Part shown: positions 18,177-27,913 of the stretch, in pieces
Position numbering within the stretch: the stretch's first letter is position 1
How the letters are laid out: each line of letters starts with the position of its first letter
Assembly (NCBI RefSeq): GCF_051007235.1
Contig: NZ_JBPCSJ010000204.1
Location: 1 to 43,912, forward strand
DNA length: 43,912 nucleotides
DNA from: Hydrogenophaga sp.
GTDB lineage: Bacteria > Pseudomonadota > Gammaproteobacteria > Burkholderiales > Burkholderiaceae_C
Direction: 5' to 3'
Notes under the pieces: generated by a model
What the model was told of the DNA's origin: nothing
Databases searched by the model: none
What the model saw: only the letters and a program-made list of their open reading frames with translations
Program-made: the position numbers and the translations under genes

Positions 18177-19541
18177 TCAATAGCCTCCACCCAGGGCTTT
18201 GTACAAAGCCACCTGGTTCTGCTGCTGCGCCAGACGCACCTGGGCCAGCGACTGCTGGGTGGCGAACAGCGAGCGTTGCGCGTCCAGCAAATCCAGCGAA
18301 CTGGCCACACCGCTGCGGTAACGCAGTTCCGAGAGGCGCAGGCGCTCGGCGTCGGCGTCGGCCTGTTGCTGCAGTGCGGCCAGCTGTTCGCCCAGCGTGG
18401 CGCGGCCGGCCAAGGCATCAGCCACTTCGCGGAAGGCGGTCTGGATCGCTTTCTCGTACTGGGCCACGGCGATGTCGCGCCCGACCTTGGCCGACGCCAG
18501 GTTGGCCTGGTTGCGGCCGGCGTCGAAGATGGGCAGCAGCGCCTGCGGCGCCAGGGTGAAGCCCCAGGAACCGTCCTTGAACAGGCCCGACAGGTCGCTG
18601 CTGGCCGAACCCACGCTGGCCGTGAGCGCGATGCGCGGGAAGAAGGCCGCGCGCGCCGCGCCGATGTTGGCGTTGGCCGCGATCAGCGCCTGCTCGGCCT
18701 GACGGATGTCGGCCCGACGGGCCAGCAGGTCCGAGGGCAGGCCCTCGGGCACGGCCCGCATCGCCACCGATGAAACGCCTGCCGTGGGCAGCAGCGCCGC
18801 CGGCGGTGTCTGGCCCACCAGCAGGGTCAGGGCGTTGAGATCCTGTGCGCGGCTGCGCTGCAGCTGGGCCAGGGTGCCGCGGGCGGCGGCGGCCAGCGAC
18901 TCGGCCTGGCGCAGGTCCAGCGCGGACGCGACGCCGTTGTCAAAACGCAGCTGGGTCAGGCGCAGCGAGTCTTCACGGGTGGCGAGCGTGCGCCGGGTCA
19001 GGTCGAGCAGTTCCTCGTCGGTCTGCAGCGCCAGCCAGCCGTTGGCCACCGACGCCACCAGGCTGGTCTGTGCTGCCCGTTGGGCTTCTTCGCTGGCCAA
19101 GAACTGCGCCAGCGCCGTGTCTTTCAGCGCGGCGACACGGCCGAAGAAGTCCAGCTCCCAGCTGGACATGGCCAGGCCGGCGCTGTAGGTGCTGCTGATG
19201 CCACCGCTGCCGTTGGGCTGGCGGTTGCCGCTGGCGGCCAGGTTTAGCGTGGGGAACTGGTCGGCACGCCGGATCTGGTAGGCCGCGCGCACCTGCTCCA
19301 TGTTGAGCACGGCCACCCGCAGGTCGCGGTTGTTCTGCAGCGCCAACGCGATCAGGTCGCGCAGGCGCGCATCGGCCACCACCGTGTCCCAGGCCGGCAA
19401 CGCAGCGCCGGCGCTCGCGTCGGACGCCTGGCCCGGAAAGCTGGCGGGCACCGGCGCGGCCGGACGTTCGTAGGTGGGGATGAAAGAGCAGCCGGACAAC
19501 ACCGCCACGGCCAGGGTCAAGACACTGAGTTTCATGTTCAT
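18177..19541 (-). CDS. RND efflux outer-membrane lipoprotein (OprM/NodT family)
   Basis: Lipobox LSG-C, ALQNNRDLR, WELDFFGR, PSDLLARRADIRQAE, LYKALGGG. Start 19541 or 19535. Confidence 0.93.
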   Translation of the reverse strand: MNMKLSVLTLAVAVLSGCSFIPTYERPAAPVPASFPGQASDASAGAALPAWDTVVADARLRDLIALALQNNRDLRVAVLNMEQVRAAYQIRRADQFPTLNLAASGNRQPNGSGGISSTYSAGLAMSSWELDFFGRVAALKDTALAQFLASEEAQRAAQTSLVASVANGWLALQTDEELLDLTRRTLATREDSLRLTQLRFDNGVASALDLRQAESLAAAARGTLAQLQRSRAQDLNALTLLVGQTPPAALLPTAGVSSVAMRAVPEGLPSDLLARRADIRQAEQALIAANANIGAARAAFFPRIALTASVGSASSDLSGLFKDGSWGFTLAPQALLPIFDAGRNQANLASAKVGRDIAVAQYEKAIQTAFREVADALAGRATLGEQLAALQQQADADAERLRLSELRYRSGVASSLDLLDAQRSLFATQQSLAQVRLAQQQNQVALYKALGGGY

Positions 19542-19554
19542 GGGATTCAACCGG

Positions 19555-22500
19555 TCAGTGGACACCGTGGTGGGACGCTTGCTCTGCGTCGTGTGCGTGC
19601 TGGCGTGCGCTGCCCTTGAACAGCTTGCGCACCACCACGAAGAAGACGGGCACGAAGATCACCGCCAGCACGGTGCCAGTGAGCATGCCGCCGATCACGC
19701 CGGTGCCGATGGCGCGCTGGCTGGCCGAACCCGCGCCCGAGGCCAGGAACAGCGGCAGCACGCCCAGCGTGAAGGCCAGCGAGGTCATGATGATCGGGCG
19801 GAAACGCAGGTGCGCCGCGGCCAGCGCCGCCTCGACCAGGCCTTTGCCCTGGGCCTGCAGGTCCTTGGCGAACTCGATGATCAGGATGGCGTTCTTAGCC
19901 GACAGACCGATGATGGTGATCAGGCCGACCTGGAAGTACACATCGTTCGAGTAGCCGCGCAGCAGCGTGGCCAGCAGCACGCCCAGCACGCCCAGCGGTA
20001 CCACCAGCACGACGGCCAGCGGGATGGACCAGCTCTCGTACAGCGCGGCCAGGGCCAGGAACACCGCCAGGATGGCGAAGCCGTACAGGATGGTGGCCTG
20101 CGAGCCGGCCAGCTTTTCCTCGCGCGACTGGCCGGTCCATTCAAAGCCGAAACCTTGCGGCAGCTTGGCTGCCAGCGCCTCCATCTCGGCCATGGCCTGG
20201 CCGGTGCTCACGCCCGGCGCGGCGCTGCCGCTGATGCGCATGGCCGGGTAGCCGTTGTAGCGCACGGTCTGCATGGGGCCGGTGATCCACTGCGTGCTGG
20301 CAAAGGCCGACAGCGGTACAGCCTGGCCCTGGGCGTTGAGCACGTTGATGCGCAGCACGTCATCGGGCTGCATGCGGGCCGTGGCGTCGGCCTGCACCAC
20401 CACGCGCTGCAGGCGGCCAGCGTTGGGGAAGTCGTTGATGTAGCTCGAACCCAGCGCGGTGCCGATGGCGGCGCTGATGCTGTCAAAGCCCACGCCCAGC
20501 GCGTTGGCGCGGTCGCGGTCGATGTCGATCTGCAGCTGTGGCGCGTCCTCCAGACCGTCCGGCCGCACCTGGGCCAGCAGCTTGCTCTGCGAGGCCATGC
20601 CCAGCATCTGGTTGCGCGCGTTGACCAGAGCCTCACGGCCCAGACCGGCGCGATCCTGCAGGCGGAAGCTGAAGCCCGACGAGGCCCCCAGCTCGGGAAT
20701 GGGCGGCGGGCTGAGCGCGAAGATGAAGGCGTCGCGGATGCCCGACAGCGCGCCGAAGGCCCGGCCGGCGATGGACTGCGCGTCGCTGCCCGGCGCGGTG
20801 CGCTCGGACCAGTCCTTGAGGGTGATGAAGGCCAGCGCAGCGTTCTGGCCCTGTCCCGAGAAGCTGAAGCCCAGCACGCTGACCATGCCCTGCACTTCGG
20901 GCTGCTTGAGCACGTAGCCTTCGACCTGTTGCATCACGTCCAGCGTGCGTTCCTGCGTGGCGCCCGGGGGCAGCTGCACGTTCACCAGCATGGTGCCCTG
21001 GTCTTCGTTGGGCAGGAAGGACGTGGGCAGGCGCATGTACACCACGGCCACAGCCCCCACGATGGCGGCGTAGATGACCAGCGCGCGACCGGCACGCGGC
21101 AGCAGCGCGGCCACGCCACCTTCGTAGCGCTTGGCAGTGCGCGAGAAGCCGCGGTTGAACCAGCCGAAGAAGCCCTTCTTCTCGTGGTGGTGGCCGGCTT
21201 CCACCGGCTGGAGCAGCGTGGCGCACAGCGCCGGCGTGAGCGACAGCGCCATGAAGGCCGAGAAGGCGATGGACACGCCCATCACCGCCGCGAACTGGCG
21301 GTAGATGTTGCCCACCGAACCGCTGAAAAAGGCCAGCGGCACGAACACGGAGATCAGCACCACGGTCACGCCGATGATGGCGCCGGAGATCTGGCCCATG
21401 GCCTTGCGCGTGGCCTGCAGCGGCGGCAGGCCTTCCTCGCTCATGATGCGTTCAACGTTTTCCACCACCACGATGGCGTCGTCCACCACGATGCCGATCA
21501 CCAGCACCATGCCGAACATGGTGAGCACGTTGATCGAGAAACCCATGGCCAGCAGCGCGGCGAAGGTGCCCAGCAGGGCCACCGGCACCACCACCGTGGG
21601 GATGAGGGTGTAGCGCCAGTTCTGAAGGAACAGGAACATCACCAGGAACACCAGGGCCACGGCCTCGGCCAGGGTCTTGGCCACTTCCTGGATGGAGATC
21701 TTCACGAACTTGGAGCTGTCGTAAGGAATCGACCAGGTCATGCCCTTGGGGAAGAACTTCTCCAGTTCGGTCATCTTGGCGCGCACGGCGTTGGCCGTGG
21801 CCAGCGCATTGCCGCTGGGCGAGAGCTGCACACCGATGCCGGTGGACGGCTTGCCGTTCAGCCGCGCCGAGGTGGCATAGGCCTGGGCGCCCAGTTCGAT
21901 GCGGGCCACGTCCTTGAGGCGCACGGTGGCGCCGTTGCTGCTGGCGCGCAGCACGATGTTGCCGAACTGTTCGACGTTGGCCAGCTGGCCGTTGACCACC
22001 ACCGTGGCCGCGATGCTCTGGCCCGCCACGTTGGGCAGGGCGCCGATTTCACCGGCCGAGACCTGGGCGTTCTGCGCGCGGATGGCGTTGTTCACGTCGG
22101 CCGCGCTCAGGTTGTAGCCCAGCAGCTTGGCCGGGTCGATCCAGATGCGCATGGCGCGTTCGGTGCCGAACAGCTGGGCCTGGCCCACGCCGGGCAGGCG
22201 CTGGATTTCGGGCACCACGCTGCGCGACGCGTAGTCGCCCAGGGCCACCGGGTCCAGGGCCGGGTCGTCGCTGGAGAGGATGGCGAACAGCAGGAAGTTG
22301 TTGCGCGACTTGTCCACCCGCACGCCCTGCTGCGTCACCGCCGAGGGCAGGCGCGGCGTGGCACGCGAGAGGCGGTTCTGCACGTCCACCTGCGCCAGGT
22401 CGGCGTTGGTGCCGGGCTGGAAGCTCAGCGTGATCTGGCCGGTGCCGTTGGCCTGGGCCACGGCTTCCATGTAGATCAGGCCGGGCGAGCCGTTCATTTC

Positions 22501-22701
22501 CTGTTCGATGACCGACAGCACGCTGTCTTCCAGCGTCTTGGCCGATGCGCCGGGATAGGTGGCGTTGATGACGATGGCGGGCGGCGCCACCGGCGGGTAC
22601 TGCGCGATCGGCAGCTGGGTGATGGACACCGCGCCCAGCACCATGATGAAGAGCGCGATCACCCAGGCGAAGATGGGGCGGTCGATGAAAAACTTGGCCA
22701 T
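19555..22701 (-). CDS. RND multidrug efflux permease (AcrB/MexB family)
   Basis: MAKFFIDRPIFAWV, GIVVDDAIVVVENVERI, GLSAKNAILI, RFRPIIMTS; 1048 aa. Confidence 0.96.
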   Translation of the reverse strand: MAKFFIDRPIFAWVIALFIMVLGAVSITQLPIAQYPPVAPPAIVINATYPGASAKTLEDSVLSVIEQEMNGSPGLIYMEAVAQANGTGQITLSFQPGTNADLAQVDVQNRLSRATPRLPSAVTQQGVRVDKSRNNFLLFAILSSDDPALDPVALGDYASRSVVPEIQRLPGVGQAQLFGTERAMRIWIDPAKLLGYNLSAADVNNAIRAQNAQVSAGEIGALPNVAGQSIAATVVVNGQLANVEQFGNIVLRASSNGATVRLKDVARIELGAQAYATSARLNGKPSTGIGVQLSPSGNALATANAVRAKMTELEKFFPKGMTWSIPYDSSKFVKISIQEVAKTLAEAVALVFLVMFLFLQNWRYTLIPTVVVPVALLGTFAALLAMGFSINVLTMFGMVLVIGIVVDDAIVVVENVERIMSEEGLPPLQATRKAMGQISGAIIGVTVVLISVFVPLAFFSGSVGNIYRQFAAVMGVSIAFSAFMALSLTPALCATLLQPVEAGHHHEKKGFFGWFNRGFSRTAKRYEGGVAALLPRAGRALVIYAAIVGAVAVVYMRLPTSFLPNEDQGTMLVNVQLPPGATQERTLDVMQQVEGYVLKQPEVQGMVSVLGFSFSGQGQNAALAFITLKDWSERTAPGSDAQSIAGRAFGALSGIRDAFIFALSPPPIPELGASSGFSFRLQDRAGLGREALVNARNQMLGMASQSKLLAQVRPDGLEDAPQLQIDIDRDRANALGVGFDSISAAIGTALGSSYINDFPNAGRLQRVVVQADATARMQPDDVLRINVLNAQGQAVPLSAFASTQWITGPMQTVRYNGYPAMRISGSAAPGVSTGQAMAEMEALAAKLPQGFGFEWTGQSREEKLAGSQATILYGFAILAVFLALAALYESWSIPLAVVLVVPLGVLGVLLATLLRGYSNDVYFQVGLITIIGLSAKNAILIIEFAKDLQAQGKGLVEAALAAAHLRFRPIIMTSLAFTLGVLPLFLASGAGSASQRAIGTGVIGGMLTGTVLAVIFVPVFFVVVRKLFKGSARQHAHDAEQASHHGVH

Positions 22702-22713
22702 GCCGGGGCCTCC

Positions 22714-23973
22714 TTACTTCGCGGCAGCCGGGGCTGCGGCGGCCGCGGGCTTGGCTTCTGCGGCGGGTGCAGCCGCAGCCGGCGCAGCGCCCCCGGGCGT
22801 CCACGGCACGGCATTCACCGGCGTGCCCGGCGGCATCATCTGCAGCTTCTGGAAGCCGTCCACCATGACCTGCTCACCAGCCTTCAGGCCGTCCAGCACG
22901 ACCCAGCGGCCGCCCTGCTGACCACCGATCTTGACCGTGCGCTTCTCGATCTTGCCGTCGGCACCCACCACACTGACGGTGTCGCCCTGCGCCGTGCGCG
23001 TGACGGCCTGCTGCGGCAGCGTGATGGCGTCGCGCGCCACCGCCTGCTCCAGCCGCACCCGAACGTACAGGCCCGGCAGCAGCGCGCCGCCGGGGTTGGG
23101 CACCTCGGCGCGCAATGTCACCTGACCGGTCGCGGCGTCCACCGTCAGGTCGGAGAACAGCAGCTTGCCCGGTCGTGCGTATTCGCTGCCGTCGTCCAGC
23201 ACCACGCGCACCGCGGCAGCGCCGTTGCCCGCGCCCTTGAGCTGACCGACTTCCATCGCGCGCTTGAGCTTCATGGCCTCGGTGGCCGACTGGGTGAAGT
23301 TCACGTACAGCGGGTCGACCTGCTGGATCACCGCCAGCGCGGTGGCCTCGCCCTGGCCCACCAGCGCGCCCTCGGTCACCAGGGCACGGCCGATGCGGCC
23401 CGAGATCGGCGCCGTGACGCTGGCGTAGTTGAGGTTGATGCCGGCCGTCTGCACGGCGGCCTTGGCCGCGGCCACGTCGGCCTCGGCGGTCTTTTGCGCC
23501 GCGATGGCGGCGGTGTAGTCCTGCTGGCTGATGGCCTTGGCGGCCATCAGCGGCTGGTAGCGCTCGACCACCGCGGTCGCGTTGGTCAGGCTGGCCTGGG
23601 CGCGCGCCAGGCTGGCCTGTGCACTGCTCAGGCTGGCCTGGTACGGCGCGGCGTCGATGCGGAACAGCGCCTGGCCGGCCTTCACGTCGCTGCCTTCCTT
23701 GAACAAGCGCTGCTGCAGGATGCCGGCCGCACGGGCACGCACCTGGGCCACGCGAGAGGCTTCCAGCCGGCCCGGCAGCTCGGTCTGCAAGCCCACATCA
23801 CCCGGCTGCACGGTGACCACGCCCACCTGGGGGACGGGCATGCCGCCACCGGGTGCGCCACCGGCGGGCGGTGCAGACGACTGGCCGCAGGCCACCAGGG
23901 CCGCCACCAGCGGCAGCAACAACAGGGGGCGCAGCCAGGCGCCAGAGGGGGATGGGGAATGTGCGTGGGGCAT
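22714..23973 (-). CDS. RND efflux periplasmic adaptor (AcrA/MexA family) lipoprotein
   Basis: Lipobox LVA-C, ELPGRLEASRVAQVRARAAGI, APISGRIG, LLPGLYVR. GAGG upstream of ATG 23973. Confidence 0.93.
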   Translation of the reverse strand: MPHAHSPSPSGAWLRPLLLLPLVAALVACGQSSAPPAGGAPGGGMPVPQVGVVTVQPGDVGLQTELPGRLEASRVAQVRARAAGILQQRLFKEGSDVKAGQALFRIDAAPYQASLSSAQASLARAQASLTNATAVVERYQPLMAAKAISQQDYTAAIAAQKTAEADVAAAKAAVQTAGINLNYASVTAPISGRIGRALVTEGALVGQGEATALAVIQQVDPLYVNFTQSATEAMKLKRAMEVGQLKGAGNGAAAVRVVLDDGSEYARPGKLLFSDLTVDAATGQVTLRAEVPNPGGALLPGLYVRVRLEQAVARDAITLPQQAVTRTAQGDTVSVVGADGKIEKRTVKIGGQQGGRWVVLDGLKAGEQVMVDGFQKLQMMPPGTPVNAVPWTPGGAAPAAAAPAAEAKPAAAAAPAAAK

Positions 23974-24112
23974 GCGAACCTCGTGCGGGCGGGGTGACGG
24001 AAGGGGTGAATCGGGTGCAGCAGGATCGGTTCCGAACGGAGCGGCGCCGGGCATCGCGTAGACCGCAAGACCCATGCCGCTGCTGCGGATGACCCTGATC
24101 AAGGCATGGCAG

Positions 24113-24140
24113 TATACATACACACATGAATGTATGTATA
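24113..24140. promoter_or_regulatory. AcrR-type operator palindrome
   Basis: TATACATACA-CACATGAA-TGTATGTATA, a perfect 10-bp inverted repeat between the divergent TetR and efflux genes; resembles the recalled E. coli acrAB operator TACATACATT-N4-AATGTATGTA. Confidence 0.85.
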
Positions 24141-24172
24141 TTCATGGGGTCTCTTCCTTTGTGTACACCGCC

Positions 24173-24907
24173 ATGGTCCGCCGCTCCAAAGCCGACGCCG
24201 AAGCCACCCGCGCCGCCCTGCTCGATGCTGCCGAACAGTTGTTTCAGGCGCGTGGTGTGTCTCGCACCTCGCTGCAGGAGATCGCGAGCGCGGCCGGCAC
24301 CACGCGCGGCGCCATCTACTGGCACTTCAAGGACAAGGCCGACCTGTTCAACGCCATGATGGACCGGGTCACGCTGCCCCTGGAGCAGTCGACGTACGCA
24401 ACGCACGCGGTGCAGGCCCCGCTGCAGCAGATCCGGCTGTCGGTGCTGGTCGCCCTGCACAAGACCGCCACCGACGAGCAGGCGCGCCGCGTGTTCGAGA
24501 TCGCCACCCAGCAGGTCGAATACAACGGCGAGATGCTGGCGGTACGCGAACGCAAGCTGCGCTGGCGCGACGAGTACCTCGTCTACCTCACCCAGCAGTT
24601 CGAGGCCGCCGCTGCCGCCGCACGCCTGCCACTGCCCATCCCGTCGCGCAGCGCGGCCCTGGGTCTCAAGGCCATCCTGACGGGTGTGCTCGACGGCTGG
24701 CTGCTCGATCCGCGTGATTTCGACCTGGTCCAGGTCGGCACGCAGGTGATGGACCGTTACCTGGCCGGTCTGGGCTTCAGCACCGCGGAGGCACCGACGG
24801 CGGCAACGCCTCGGGCTCCGGCGCGCGCGACGGCAGCCGCAGGTGCAGCGCTGCCTGAGCCAACAGGTTCGCCGACACGGGCGCGGTCACGAACACGAAC
24901 AGCGTGA
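24173..24907 (+). CDS. TetR-family repressor (AcrR/TtgR-like)
   Basis: MVRRSKADAEATRAALLDAAEQLFQARGVSRTSLQEIA...TRGAIYWHFKDKADLF. Confidence 0.93.
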   Translation: MVRRSKADAEATRAALLDAAEQLFQARGVSRTSLQEIASAAGTTRGAIYWHFKDKADLFNAMMDRVTLPLEQSTYATHAVQAPLQQIRLSVLVALHKTATDEQARRVFEIATQQVEYNGEMLAVRERKLRWRDEYLVYLTQQFEAAAAAARLPLPIPSRSAALGLKAILTGVLDGWLLDPRDFDLVQVGTQVMDRYLAGLGFSTAEAPTAATPRAPARATAAAGAALPEPTGSPTRARSRTRTA

Positions 24908-25127
24908 TCAGCAGCTCGGCCATGCCGGGCCGCCCCTGCGCCCAGCCCAGCAGCAGCGAGGCCAGCAGCACGCCCCCCACACCCAGGGTGGACGACTTGG
25001 TCGGCGCGTGCAGGCGCATGTAGAAGTCGGGCAGGCGCACCATGCCGATGGCGCCCACCAGCAGGAAGAAGGCCCCCACCACGATCAGGATCGCGGCTGC
25101 CCATTCGATGACCGGGTTCAGTTCCAT
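24777..25127 (-). CDS. mrpG: Mrp/Pha cation:H+ antiporter subunit G
   Basis: GMVRLPDFYMRLHAPTKSSTLG, TAPVSA. Confidence 0.92.
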   Translation of the reverse strand: MELNPVIEWAAAILIVVGAFFLLVGAIGMVRLPDFYMRLHAPTKSSTLGVGGVLLASLLLGWAQGRPGMAELLITLFVFVTAPVSANLLAQAALHLRLPSRAPEPEALPPSVPPRC

Positions 25128-25144
25128 AGCGTGTTCCTACCTTC

Positions 25145-25420
25145 TCACTCCACCACATCGCCACGGCTGAGGTAGCGCGCCAGCGCCACCGTGCCGACAA
25201 AACCCAGCAGCGCCACGATCAGCGCGGCCTCGAACAACAGCGGCGTCTGCCAGCGCAAGCCCAGCAGCACCACCAGCGCCACCAGGCTCAGGTACAGGGT
25301 GTCCAGCGCCAGCACGCGGTCGGCGATGGTCGGGCCGCGCAGCAGGCGCCAGCCACACAGCAGCAGGGTCAGCGTCACAGCGCCGATGCCGATGGTCAGC
25401 GCGAGGTCGAGGACGTTCAT
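25145..25420 (-). CDS. mrpF: Mrp/Pha antiporter subunit F
   Basis: RLLRGPTIADRVLALDTL...ALLGFVGTVALARYL. Confidence 0.92.
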   Translation of the reverse strand: MNVLDLALTIGIGAVTLTLLLCGWRLLRGPTIADRVLALDTLYLSLVALVVLLGLRWQTPLLFEAALIVALLGFVGTVALARYLSRGDVVE

Positions 25421-25944
25421 GGCCGCCCCTCCCCATCGAGCCGGAAGACGGCCAGCAGCGGCGCCTCGTAGCGCGCCTTCATGTCGGCCACCATGCCGGC
25501 CGCGTCGTCGCAGTTGAGCGCGTGCACCCAGATGCAGCGTGCGGATTCGTCGATCACGGCCGAGACGGTGCCGGGCGTCATGGTGATGATGCTGGCGAAC
25601 AGCGCGTTGACGCGGTGGTGTTCGCAGGCCAGCGGCACGCGCAGCCAGGCCGGCTGCGGACGGCTCATGGGCCCCAGCACCAGCTTGGCCACGGTGATGT
25701 TGGACACCACGATGTCCCAGGTCACCACGAGGCTCAGGCGGACCGCGGCGCCCCAGCGGATCGGGCTGCCCACGTGCAGCAGGCCGCGCAGCAGCCGCGG
25801 CACGATCAGGCCGATCAGCAGGGCCGAGAGCAGGTGCACCGGCTCCAGGCTGCGCGAGAGCGCCAGCCAGCTGACGACCAGCAGCAGGGACAGCACCGGG
25901 TGGTCGAACCAGCCGCCGCGGCGGTCGAGGGCGTCGGATTTCAT
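25417..25944 (-). CDS. mrpE: Mrp/Pha antiporter subunit E
   Basis: WDIVVSNITVAKLVL, IITMTPGT, VHAL, MKARYEAPL; C-terminal part of track ORF 25417..27669. Confidence 0.9.
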   Translation of the reverse strand: MKSDALDRRGGWFDHPVLSLLLVVSWLALSRSLEPVHLLSALLIGLIVPRLLRGLLHVGSPIRWGAAVRLSLVVTWDIVVSNITVAKLVLGPMSRPQPAWLRVPLACEHHRVNALFASIITMTPGTVSAVIDESARCIWVHALNCDDAAGMVADMKARYEAPLLAVFRLDGEGRP

Positions 25945-27572
25945 GGCTGTTTCTCCGGAGCGGGGGCGGCGCGCTGGCCGTCGTAGGGGCGCGTGCTGGG
26001 CGGTGCGTCCGGCCCAAGCACGGCGCGCACGTAGTCGGCGTTGACCGACAGCTGCGCCGCGGCCGCGTCGGTGTAGCGTTTGACGGGCGCGGCCAGCACG
26101 GCCAACGCCACCGTCAGCGCCATGAAGGCCCAGATCGGCGCCCGCAGGTTGGCGCTGCTCCCGGGCGCACCATGGTCCACCGCGGGCTGAACGTGCCAGA
26201 ACACGATGACGCCGGCGCGGGCCAGGCCGACGATGGTGAGGAACCCCACCCCCAGCACCACAGTCCAGACCCAGGCCTGCGCCGCCAGACCACTGCTGGC
26301 CTGCAGCACCATGAGCTTGCCCAGGAAGCCCGGCAGCGGCGGCAGGCCGGCGGCCGACGCGGCACCGAACAGCAGCATCACGCCCAGCAACACGGGCTCG
26401 CGCACCGCGGTCGCCGGTTGCAGCTGGTCCGTGCACTCGCCGCGTTGCGCCGCGATCAGCTCCACCAGCAGGAACAGGCCCGCGATGACGAGGGTGCTGT
26501 GCAAGGTGTAGTACAGCGCGGCCGACAGGGTCGCCGGACTGAACAGCCCCACCGCGGCGAGGATGGTGCCCACCGACGACACAGTGAGGTAGGCCACCAG
26601 CCGGCCCAGGCTGTGCGCCGCCAGCGCGCCCAGCACCCCCAGCGCGCTGGTCGCCAGGGCCAGGGGCAGCAGCCAGTCGGCCACGGCCAGCGCGGCGCCG
26701 CCGGCCTCCGCCCCGAACAGTTGCCAGTGCACGCGCACGATGCTGTAGACCCCCACCTTGGTCATGATGGCGAACAGCGCCGCCACCGGGGCACTGGCCG
26801 CGGCGTAGGTGCCGGGGAGCCAGAAATACAGGGGCAGCATGGCGGCTTTCAGCCCGAACACGACCAGCAGCACCAGCGCAGCGGCCTGCGCAAACAGCAG
26901 GGTGTCGCCCTGCAGCAGCGCCAGCCGCCGGCCAACGTCGGCCATGTTCAGCGTGCCGGTAGCCGCATAGACCAGCGACAGGCCGATCAGGAACAGCCCC
27001 GAAGCCACCAGGTTGAGCACCACGTAGTGCACGCCCATGCGGAAGCGCTCGCGCCCCTGGCCGTGCACCAGCAACACGTAGGACGCGATCAGCAGCACCT
27101 CGAAGAACACGAACAGGTTGAACAGGTCGCCCGTGAGGAACGCACCGCAAAGGCCCATCAGCTGGAACTGGAAGATGGCATGGAAGTAGCGGCCCCGGCT
27201 GTCCCAGCCGCTGGCGGCGTACCAGAGCACCGGCAGCGCGACCAGGTAGGTCAGCAGCACCATCAGGGCCGAGAGACGGTCCACCACCATCACGATGCCG
27301 AACGGCGCCGGCCACTCGCCCAGGCGGTACACCAGCAGCTCGCCTTGCGCCGCATGCTGCACCAGGCCCACGGCCATGAACAGACCGAGCGCTGTGGACA
27401 GCAACGCGACGCGGCGGCGCCAGCGCAGCGACGCGTCGTCGTGCGCCCCGCCCTGCCCGGCCATGCCGCCCTGGTCGCCGATGAGCAGCAGCACCACCGC
27501 TGTCAGCATCGGTAGCACCACCGACAGCACCGGCGCGTGCTGCAGCCAGAAATCCAACAGCGAACCGGTCAT
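25941..27572 (-). CDS. mrpD: Mrp/Pha antiporter subunit D
   Basis: GEWPAPFGI, AFLTGDLFNLFVFFEV, LKAAMLPLYFWLP, MTKVGVY. Confidence 0.94.
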   Translation of the reverse strand: MTGSLLDFWLQHAPVLSVVLPMLTAVVLLLIGDQGGMAGQGGAHDDASLRWRRRVALLSTALGLFMAVGLVQHAAQGELLVYRLGEWPAPFGIVMVVDRLSALMVLLTYLVALPVLWYAASGWDSRGRYFHAIFQFQLMGLCGAFLTGDLFNLFVFFEVLLIASYVLLVHGQGRERFRMGVHYVVLNLVASGLFLIGLSLVYAATGTLNMADVGRRLALLQGDTLLFAQAAALVLLVVFGLKAAMLPLYFWLPGTYAAASAPVAALFAIMTKVGVYSIVRVHWQLFGAEAGGAALAVADWLLPLALATSALGVLGALAAHSLGRLVAYLTVSSVGTILAAVGLFSPATLSAALYYTLHSTLVIAGLFLLVELIAAQRGECTDQLQPATAVREPVLLGVMLLFGAASAAGLPPLPGFLGKLMVLQASSGLAAQAWVWTVVLGVGFLTIVGLARAGVIVFWHVQPAVDHGAPGSSANLRAPIWAFMALTVALAVLAAPVKRYTDAAAAQLSVNADYVRAVLGPDAPPSTRPYDGQRAAPAPEKQP

Positions 27573-27913
27573 ACGCGCGGCCCTCCGGGCTCGTGGCCGT
27601 CCACGTGGTCGCTGCCGCTCTCATGGCGGCTGCGCAGCGCCAGTTCCACCACGAAGCCGGTGGTCGCAAAACCGATCACGATGGCGGTGAGCACCAGCGC
27701 CTGCGGCAGCGGATCGGCCACCGGGCCTTCGCCCACCAGCACCGGCGCGGCGTTGCTCCACAGCCGGCCCATCAGGAAGATGAACACGTTGACCGCGTAG
27801 CCGAACAACGACAGGCCGAGGACCACCGGGAAGCTGCGCCCGCGCAGCATGAGGTAGATGCCGCTGGCGGTGACCATGCCCACGCCGGTGGCCAGCAGAA
27901 ATTCCATACTCAT
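27569..27913 (-). CDS. mrpC: Mrp/Pha antiporter subunit C
   Basis: ADPLPQALVLTAIVIGFA. Confidence 0.94.
   Translation of the reverse strand: MSMEFLLATGVGMVTASGIYLMLRGRSFPVVLGLSLFGYAVNVFIFLMGRLWSNAAPVLVGEGPVADPLPQALVLTAIVIGFATTGFVVELALRSRHESGSDHVDGHEPGGPRV

Noticed and set aside
25417-27669. Track ORFs suggesting long N-terminal extensions for MrpE, MrpF, RmuC, FKBP and EamA
   Set aside because: The extensions overlap upstream genes in other frames; family-typical starts, mostly with stop/start overlaps, lie downstream.
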